Shown here: positions 58,766-64,000 of the stretch, one piece after another | Layout of the letters: each line of letters begins with the position of its first letter | Position numbering within the stretch: the stretch's first letter is position 1 | IMG/VR virus record: IMGVR_UViG_3300021371_000004 | Location: 35,049-99,048 of that record | DNA: 64,000 nt | Source: a virus | Direction: 5' to 3' (one strand) | Made by a program: the position numbers and the translations under genes | Notes under the pieces: generated by a model | The model's database searches: none | The model's input: only the letters and a program-made list of their open reading frames with translations | Told to the model about the DNA's origin: nothing

Positions 58766-59472
58766 TTCTCTTCCCTCTGAATCATTTCTTTGGTCATGAT
58801 GTAATCTCTTACAAAGTCTGACCGTATAATATCCTGCCAACCAAATTCTACGATTGAGAAGTTCTTAAGAACCTCAATTATCTCTAAGAATTTGTGCACC
58901 CCGTTTCGATCTCCTGCCTTTACAAAGTCCGACTGATAGTAGTCGCCAGAAAACATAATCCTTGATTCGATACCAACCCGCGTGATGACAGAATCAAGTT
59001 CATGGAATGTTAAGTTCTGCATCTCGTCGACAACTATGATTGAATTGTCGAAGGTAGTTCCCCTTATAAAGGAGGTTGAATGAAACTCGATAATGCCTTG
59101 CTCAACCAATTGGTCGTAGGATCCCGCTTGGGAGAACAGATCGTTGGTTATTGCCATGTATGGTGTTATGAACGGAAGTAATTTTTCTTCTGCTGTCCCA
59201 GGGAGAAACCCAACTTCTCTTGTTGGTACGACAGAGCGTATGAGGTGAATTTTCTCGTATGGAGTAGACTTGTCCATCACATCTTGTAGAGCAAGGTATA
59301 ATGCGGTGAACGTCTTTCCTGTGCCGGCAGAACCACTGAGAACGAGGTTGTCCCCTTCCTTCCATGACTCGCGAGCAACCATCTGGTTGTCTGTCAGCGG
59401 GTCAAATACTCCGAGGTCATCTATTCTTAGTTTGCGTGGTGCGTCGTTTCTTTTTCTTTTAACTGACTGCAT
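58762..59472 (-). CDS. phoH: PhoH-family ATPase
   Basis: GSAGTGKT, GFLPG, RGTTF, DEMQN and GDYYQSD motifs. Confidence 0.95.
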   Translation of the reverse strand: MQSVKRKRNDAPRKLRIDDLGVFDPLTDNQMVARESWKEGDNLVLSGSAGTGKTFTALYLALQDVMDKSTPYEKIHLIRSVVPTREVGFLPGTAEEKLLPFITPYMAITNDLFSQAGSYDQLVEQGIIEFHSTSFIRGTTFDNSIIVVDEMQNLTFHELDSVITRVGIESRIMFSGDYYQSDFVKAGDRNGVHKFLEIIEVLKNFSIVEFGWQDIIRSDFVRDYIMTKEMIQREEK

Positions 59473-59481
59473 AACAAAACC

Positions 59482-59715
59482 TTAATTGTGGATTGTGTTG
59501 TCTCTTCCTGAACCTTTCTTTATTGATTTGAGTAAGTCCTTCCAACCATCAGAAGTTTTACTCAAAGTGCCTCCAACTCCCGTGACAGTCATAGCAGCAG
59601 ACTTATGAACGATCTCAATTTCTCCTGCGTCGACCCTTTCCTTGAGAGAAGAATATGTGCACATCAATTCTTTTTCTTCCCCTGTTTTCAAAACTCGAAC
59701 ATCATACAATGGCAT
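59482..59715 (-). CDS. Small FmdB-like protein
   Basis: MPLYD start and GWKDLLKSIKK motif, upstream of phoH. Confidence 0.7.
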   Translation of the reverse strand: MPLYDVRVLKTGEEKELMCTYSSLKERVDAGEIEIVHKSAAMTVTGVGGTLSKTSDGWKDLLKSIKKGSGRDNTIHN

Positions 59716-59811
59716 TACAAACTCCAATAAAATAAAGGTACAAGAGTAGATAGTATAATTAGAAACAGAAGAAAAAGAATAGAATGTAGTAGCGGGCAGA
59801 CGATGTTCTTT

Positions 59812-59839
59812 ATTATACAGATATAGATTCAGAAGACAA
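59812..59839 (-). promoter_or_regulatory. Sigma70-like promoter
   Basis: TTGTCT-16 nt-TATAAT. Confidence 0.6.
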
Positions 59840-59848
59840 CAACTTTCG

Positions 59849-59914
59849 AAAAAACTTATAGAGGTGACGACACCTCACCCTTTCGAGTGAGGTGCGAGAT
59901 ATGATCACCTCCTA
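59849..59914 (-). other. Structured RNA element / terminator
   Basis: CACCTCACTC-GAAA-GGGTGAGGTG hairpin nested in a GAGGTGA/TCACCTC stem, followed by T6. Confidence 0.65.
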
Positions 59915-60091
59915 ATTGCTTACTTTATTTGATTGGAGTTCAAGTTCATTGATGTGGTCATCAAGGAACATTCGCTTTCTTTCAACTTTATGGGCAAGTT
60001 CCTCCTTGCCCTTTCTTGTTAGTTTATGAACGTAATGGGACAATTCTGTGCTGTCCTTTCTTAAACGTTCTAGTTGATTTTGTGTTACCAT
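59912..60091 (-). CDS. Hypothetical 59-aa protein (not in ORF track)
   Basis: MVTQNQLERLRKDSTELSHYVHKL...; GGAG RBS. Confidence 0.7.
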   Translation of the reverse strand: MVTQNQLERLRKDSTELSHYVHKLTRKGKEELAHKVERKRMFLDDHINELELQSNKVSN

Positions 60092-60128
60092 AGGCGACTC
60101 CGGTCTTTAAAGTAAGTTTAAGGACGAA

Positions 60129-60575
60129 TCATAACAAATTAGGCATTGCCTCCTTCACGTTTTTTACGGTCAACCCCTTGGTCGTATTCTTCTTGCAGAT
60201 CATATCTACCAAGAGTTCTGCGTCCTTGGGGTGGACAGATTCTAAGACTCCAATAAAAATTGACTCTCTTCGCATAGGTTGCATTTTGTCTGCTTTGCCA
60301 CCCTTAACGAAGTATTGAAGTTTGACGTTTTGCTTATTCCAACTTGATGGGAACGAGTTTTCTTCCGCTGGTGTAAATGGGGGTCTACTGTCGGGGAGAA
60401 GAAACTGAATTCTTTTGTCGAATAGGCATCGAACGTAGTCTGAGAAAGAAGCATACTGCTCCAAGTACCTTCGGATAAGGTCGACTCGCTCTGCTGGTTT
60501 TGCTTGAGAAATGTTTTCGAGGATCTGGTGCAATTCTATGCGCTTGACCCTTCCTTGTTGCTTTTCAGTTATCAT
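60129..60575 (-). CDS. Hypothetical protein of a type seen in T4-like phages
   Basis: RRESIFIGVLESVHPKDAELL; start MITEK after AAGGAG. Confidence 0.8.
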   Translation of the reverse strand: MITEKQQGRVKRIELHQILENISQAKPAERVDLIRRYLEQYASFSDYVRCLFDKRIQFLLPDSRPPFTPAEENSFPSSWNKQNVKLQYFVKGGKADKMQPMRRESIFIGVLESVHPKDAELLVDMICKKNTTKGLTVKNVKEAMPNLL

Positions 60576-60667
60576 AAAATAACTCCTTACACTTTTATAT
60601 AGGAAAGAAATGGTTCGGAGACACAATTGGATTAAGTGGTTATACTTACCCGTTTAACATTCCAGAC

Positions 60668-61090
60668 TCACTTCTTATTTTGCGAGAGGTGTTTTCGACT
60701 AATTCTACAATTGATTATTCCGTTGTAGTATTCTTCTTTTAACAACACTTCTCTGTCGAACTGCTCTTTCGTTTCATAGTACGCGCAATCACCCTTGGTT
60801 TTGCACAGACGGATAATTTCTCTTTCGAATGCATCCGCGCCAAACTCTTCCCTCAATTCTTGGACCTTGACCGAACTACCGAAGTAGTCTTTCCAATCAG
60901 ACTCCACCCTTGTGTGCTTTCTGCGTTTGCGCGTTTTCGTGATTGGCAGTGTTTTCTTTCTGTGGAAGAACTTTTTACCGACATATTTCATGCCAGTATT
61001 TTTCTCTGTTATGACGTAAACGAATCCGACCCAGTCTTCTAGAAACTCATATCCTGGGTCGAATTGTTTTCCCTCATACAACCAACTCAT
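60668..61090 (-). CDS. GIY-YIG nuclease (Seg-like)
   Basis: GFVYVIT...KYVGKK, SDWKDYFGSS, REIIRLC and YYNG motifs. Confidence 0.85.
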   Translation of the reverse strand: MSWLYEGKQFDPGYEFLEDWVGFVYVITEKNTGMKYVGKKFFHRKKTLPITKTRKRRKHTRVESDWKDYFGSSVKVQELREEFGADAFEREIIRLCKTKGDCAYYETKEQFDREVLLKEEYYNGIINCRISRKHLSQNKK

Positions 61091-61212
61091 GAAGGTAGGG
61101 TCGGGGTGCCGCACATGGGGCAGAACTCAGGTTCTGAACCTTCTGAGGAATCTATAATCACTTCGGTTACAGATTCACAGAGGTCGCATTCTACCGTGTA
61201 ATGGTTGTCCAT
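61087..61212 (-). CDS. 41-aa zinc-ribbon protein (not in ORF track)
   Basis: CDLC...CPMCG; GGAG RBS; ATGA overlap with the next gene. Confidence 0.75.
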   Translation of the reverse strand: MDNHYTVECDLCESVTEVIIDSSEGSEPEFCPMCGTPTLPS

Positions 61213-61224
61213 ATTTTCTCCAAA

Positions 61225-62205
61225 CTACTTAACTGCGCCCCAAACATCTTTCCAGTCGCCGCTCGTTGCTCCACGAGCATAATCTGTGCTTCTGTTCTCA
61301 AAGAAGTTGGTGTGCGTTGGTGCATTTATCATTTCTTCAACCCAAGGCAACGGGTTCTTCTTCACCCTGAAAATGCCTTTCATCCCGAGACTAATAAGTC
61401 TGCGGTCTGCTATGTAGCGGATGTACTTCTTGACTTCTTCCGAAGACAACCCCTCCATTGGACCCATTGCAAAGGCGAGGTCGATAAACTTATCCTCAAG
61501 TTCGACCATTTTTTCTGCAATAGTATATATCCTTCCTTTAAGTTCGTCATTCCAAATGCCGAGGTTCTCCTCAACATATGTCCGAAACAACTTGATCATA
61601 GACTCGGCATGCATTGTCTCGTCGACGATAGACCAAGTGACAATCTGCCCCATACCCTTCATCTTGCCATGGCGCGGAAAGTTCAGCAACATAATGAACG
61701 ACGAGAACAATTGCATACCCTCGGTGAATGCAGAGAATGCTGCGATGTTAGTCGCCACTGACTCCGGTGTCCCGTTGTCCGCAGAAAGATCCATGAAGTA
61801 GTCGTGCTTTTCCCTCATCGCTTCATATTCAAAGAACTCGTTGTATGTGGACTCTGGCATACCGAGTGTTTCGATTAGGTGAGAATATGCAGCAACGTGT
61901 AGTGCTTCGCGCGCAGCGAAACCCATAAGCATCATTCGTACTTCTGGTTGGGGAAAGTACGGAAGATAGTTGTTGACATAACCACCCGCAACGTCAATAT
62001 CGCCTTGGGTGAAGAACCGAAAGATGTTTGTTAAGAATCCCTTCTCTTCAGGAGTAACCTTGTGTTGCCAGTCCTTTATATCTTCTGCCATAGGAACTTC
62101 TGTGTGCAACCAATGGGACTGCTCGTGCTTCAACCAAGCATCATATGCCCATGGATAGTTGAATGGTTTGAAGTATTCTCTTTCGTCTGTCAACTTTAAT
62201 TTCAT
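61225..62205 (-). CDS. nrdB: Ribonucleotide reductase class Ia beta subunit
   Basis: FFTQGD, REALH, EGMQLFSSF, DETMH and NFFE motifs. Confidence 0.97.
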   Translation of the reverse strand: MKLKLTDEREYFKPFNYPWAYDAWLKHEQSHWLHTEVPMAEDIKDWQHKVTPEEKGFLTNIFRFFTQGDIDVAGGYVNNYLPYFPQPEVRMMLMGFAAREALHVAAYSHLIETLGMPESTYNEFFEYEAMREKHDYFMDLSADNGTPESVATNIAAFSAFTEGMQLFSSFIMLLNFPRHGKMKGMGQIVTWSIVDETMHAESMIKLFRTYVEENLGIWNDELKGRIYTIAEKMVELEDKFIDLAFAMGPMEGLSSEEVKKYIRYIADRRLISLGMKGIFRVKKNPLPWVEEMINAPTHTNFFENRSTDYARGATSGDWKDVWGAVK

Positions 62206-62216
62206 TCTTCGCCTTC
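62182..62216. repeat. 35-bp direct repeat, copy 1 (nrdB start region)
   Basis: Identical to 62779-62813. Confidence 0.95.
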
Positions 62217-62768
62217 TCCTTTATCCTTAAACCAAGCAACTAGAACTAATCGCTCTCCTCCGTAAACTTTCGAAACCCCGTGTTTTAAATCCGGACCATA
62301 CACCAAACTTTCTCCTGGTCCTATGGGGATAACATCGGGGACAATTTCTTCTCCATATGGCGGATTCTCCCTTTCACCTTTATGCCTCGAGCAGATTTCT
62401 TTTACTGGCCTTGCCCGTTCCTCATATCTAGCACTTACGATTGATTGCCCTCCAACCAGATCCTTGTCATCCAAGAGAGTGACGATAGTCATAGTCGATT
62501 TATCGTCATGGTGCATTCTGGTGAAGGATCCTTTTATATATTTTAGAAAATAAAATCCAATACATGCATCCTTTCTCGAATACTTGAGAAGGGTATTGGC
62601 AAACCCAAGACCCTTTCCCTTATCGTAACCTATGTCTGACCGCTTTAGGTGGAAGATATTATACATCTGAAATACGTCGATCCAATCGCTGCGTTCAGCA
62701 TAATCCTTCGCCTCCTGTAGTTCTTTTTCTGACAAGATCCTTTCTTTTATGTAACCACTGGTGGACAC
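62202..62768 (-). CDS. 2OG-Fe(II) oxygenase
   Basis: LKYIKGSFTRMHHD (HxD), GG, HGVSKV..GERLVLVAW. Confidence 0.88.
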   Translation of the reverse strand: MSTSGYIKERILSEKELQEAKDYAERSDWIDVFQMYNIFHLKRSDIGYDKGKGLGFANTLLKYSRKDACIGFYFLKYIKGSFTRMHHDDKSTMTIVTLLDDKDLVGGQSIVSARYEERARPVKEICSRHKGERENPPYGEEIVPDVIPIGPGESLVYGPDLKHGVSKVYGGERLVLVAWFKDKGEGEE

Positions 62769-62778
62769 TAAATCAACC

Positions 62779-62813
62779 TTCGTCTGTCAACTTTAATTTC
62801 ATTCTTCGCCTTC
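62779..62813. repeat. 35-bp direct repeat, copy 2
   Basis: ttcgtctgtcaactttaatttcattcttcgccttc. Confidence 0.95.
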
Positions 62814-62821
62814 CCTCACAG

Positions 62822-64000
62822 TTACCCTTCGCACGCTAAACAAGTTTCTTCATCTATAACGGCACCGAGGTCGATTTCCTTAATGACTTCTCTTTCAATA
62901 CGCTTTGAAACTCGGTCTGCTTTGCCCAGTTTTTCAGAACGACAATAGTACATAGTCTTCACTCCGCGCTTCCATGCGAGGAAGTGTACGGTGTGGATGT
63001 ACAGGATGTTTGCGTCTGGTCGAAAGAATACGTTGAGCGATTGTGCTTGGTCAACGTGACCCTGTCTGTCCGCTGCGTGTTCGATAACCCACCTCTGGTC
63101 TATCTCCATAGCAGTTTTGAAAACATCCTTTTCCTCCGGTTGCAAGAAGCGTAGGTGCTGAACAGAACCATCGTTCGCGATAATGCTTGACCAGATTTCG
63201 TCGTAGTCCTGCTTTGTTCCGCCAAGTTCAATCTTTTTCTTTATCAGTTCATCAAGATATTTGTTCTTATTGAGAAACGCTCCCGAGAGAGTGTCTTGCC
63301 TATACGCATTCGCGCGATAGGGTTCGATGCTCGGCGAGGTGTTACCCATGATGATGCTGCTGGATGCATTGGGCGCAATTGCCATAGTATGACTGAACCT
63401 TTGCCCTGTACCCGCAGCGTCAGGTGCTTCTCCGCGTTCTGCTCCCAGTTGCAGACTTGCTTCCATCAACTTATTTTCTATGTGCGAAAATATGCGATTG
63501 TTCCAAACCTTCGCCATTGCACACTCAAAGGGCATTGATTTCTTCTGGAGGTATGCGTGCCACCCAAGTGCACCAACACCAATAGATCGTTCTCTCATGG
63601 CGGAGAACTTTGCTCTCTTAACACTATCAGGAGCATTGTCGATGAAGTATTGTAATACATTGTCCAGCATTTCTGCCATGTCCCGAAGAAAAACTTGGTT
63701 CTTGCTCCATGAATCGTAGTATTCCAAATTGACTGACGATAAGCAACAGACTGCGGTGCGTTCTTCGTTCGTTGGGAGAATAATTTCGGAGCATAAGTTT
63801 GACTGGTGGATCTTCAAACCCAAGTCTTTTTGAAACTGCGGCATCGCTCGGTTGCTCGTATCAATGTAGTGGAGGTACGGTTCGCCCGTTTCCATACGCA
63901 ACTCAAGTATCTTCTGCCACAGTGCTTTGGCAGATACTGTCTCGCGTATCTCTCCGCTAGATGGGTCAGTCAGATTCCAACCATCGTCTGCATCTTCGTC
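62822..64000 (-). CDS. nrdA: Ribonucleotide reductase class Ia alpha subunit (partial)
   Basis: SNLCSEI, VCCLSS, APNASSS, YYCRS and C-terminal CLACEG; frame open to the window edge. Confidence 0.97.
   Translation of the reverse strand, partial: DEDADDGWNLTDPSSGEIRETVSAKALWQKILELRMETGEPYLHYIDTSNRAMPQFQKDLGLKIHQSNLCSEIILPTNEERTAVCCLSSVNLEYYDSWSKNQVFLRDMAEMLDNVLQYFIDNAPDSVKRAKFSAMRERSIGVGALGWHAYLQKKSMPFECAMAKVWNNRIFSHIENKLMEASLQLGAERGEAPDAAGTGQRFSHTMAIAPNASSSIIMGNTSPSIEPYRANAYRQDTLSGAFLNKNKYLDELIKKKIELGGTKQDYDEIWSSIIANDGSVQHLRFLQPEEKDVFKTAMEIDQRWVIEHAADRQGHVDQAQSLNVFFRPDANILYIHTVHFLAWKRGVKTMYYCRSEKLGKADRVSKRIEREVIKEIDLGAVIDEETCLACEG

Noticed and set aside
58766-58840. N-terminal extension (possible SAR/signal) on the endolysin
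   Set aside because: It lies inside phoH and is not hydrophobic; the ATGA overlap indicates a start at 58765.
60668-61090. Second GIY-YIG as a recently mobile element
   Set aside because: Short, lacks a DNA-binding extension and is translationally coupled; it resembles a resident gene of T4-like phages.
1-64000. Stop-codon reassignment, tRNA genes, inteins
   Set aside because: Core genes are full length in code 11 using all three stops. No cloverleaf or intein motifs were noticed by eye; tRNAscan was not run.

Overview
This window is 64 kb of a T4-like myovirus genome (T4 superfamily, resembling the marine/aquatic T4-like phages), encoded almost entirely on the minus strand. By increasing coordinate it holds: head genes (gp22 partial, gp21, gp20), tail tube and sheath (gp19, gp18), terminase (gp17, gp16), gp15 (frame-split), a free-standing GIY-YIG endonuclease, and neck genes (gp14, gp13). 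Next come an accessory fibre/filament module with a 1452-aa Ser/Thr repeat protein, a 2OG-oxygenase-like plus glycosyltransferase pair, fibre genes and a VrlC-like protein. The baseplate block follows (gp8, gp7-like, gp6, gp25, a gp5 split over several ORFs, hub, gp53, gp48, gp4 on +, tape-measure-like, gp51/gp26, gp54-like). The right end carries gp2, gp32, gp33, a DNA ligase, a 9-gene glycosyl/methyltransferase island, holin-like and endolysin genes, phoH, nrdB, a repeat-flanked 2OG-Fe(II) oxygenase and partial nrdA. T4 late promoters (TATAAATA) precede many structural genes. Best leads: (1) a putative ruler-plus-subunit filament module at 11.2-18.9 kb; (2) candidate virion hydroxylation/glycosylation machinery; (3) a -1 slippery site fusing gp26 to gp51 just upstream of the tape-measure-like gene; (4) a 35-bp direct-repeat-flanked cassette between nrdA and nrdB; (5) a bistable RNA element near 59.9 kb. 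All calls come from motif recognition and synteny; no searches were run.
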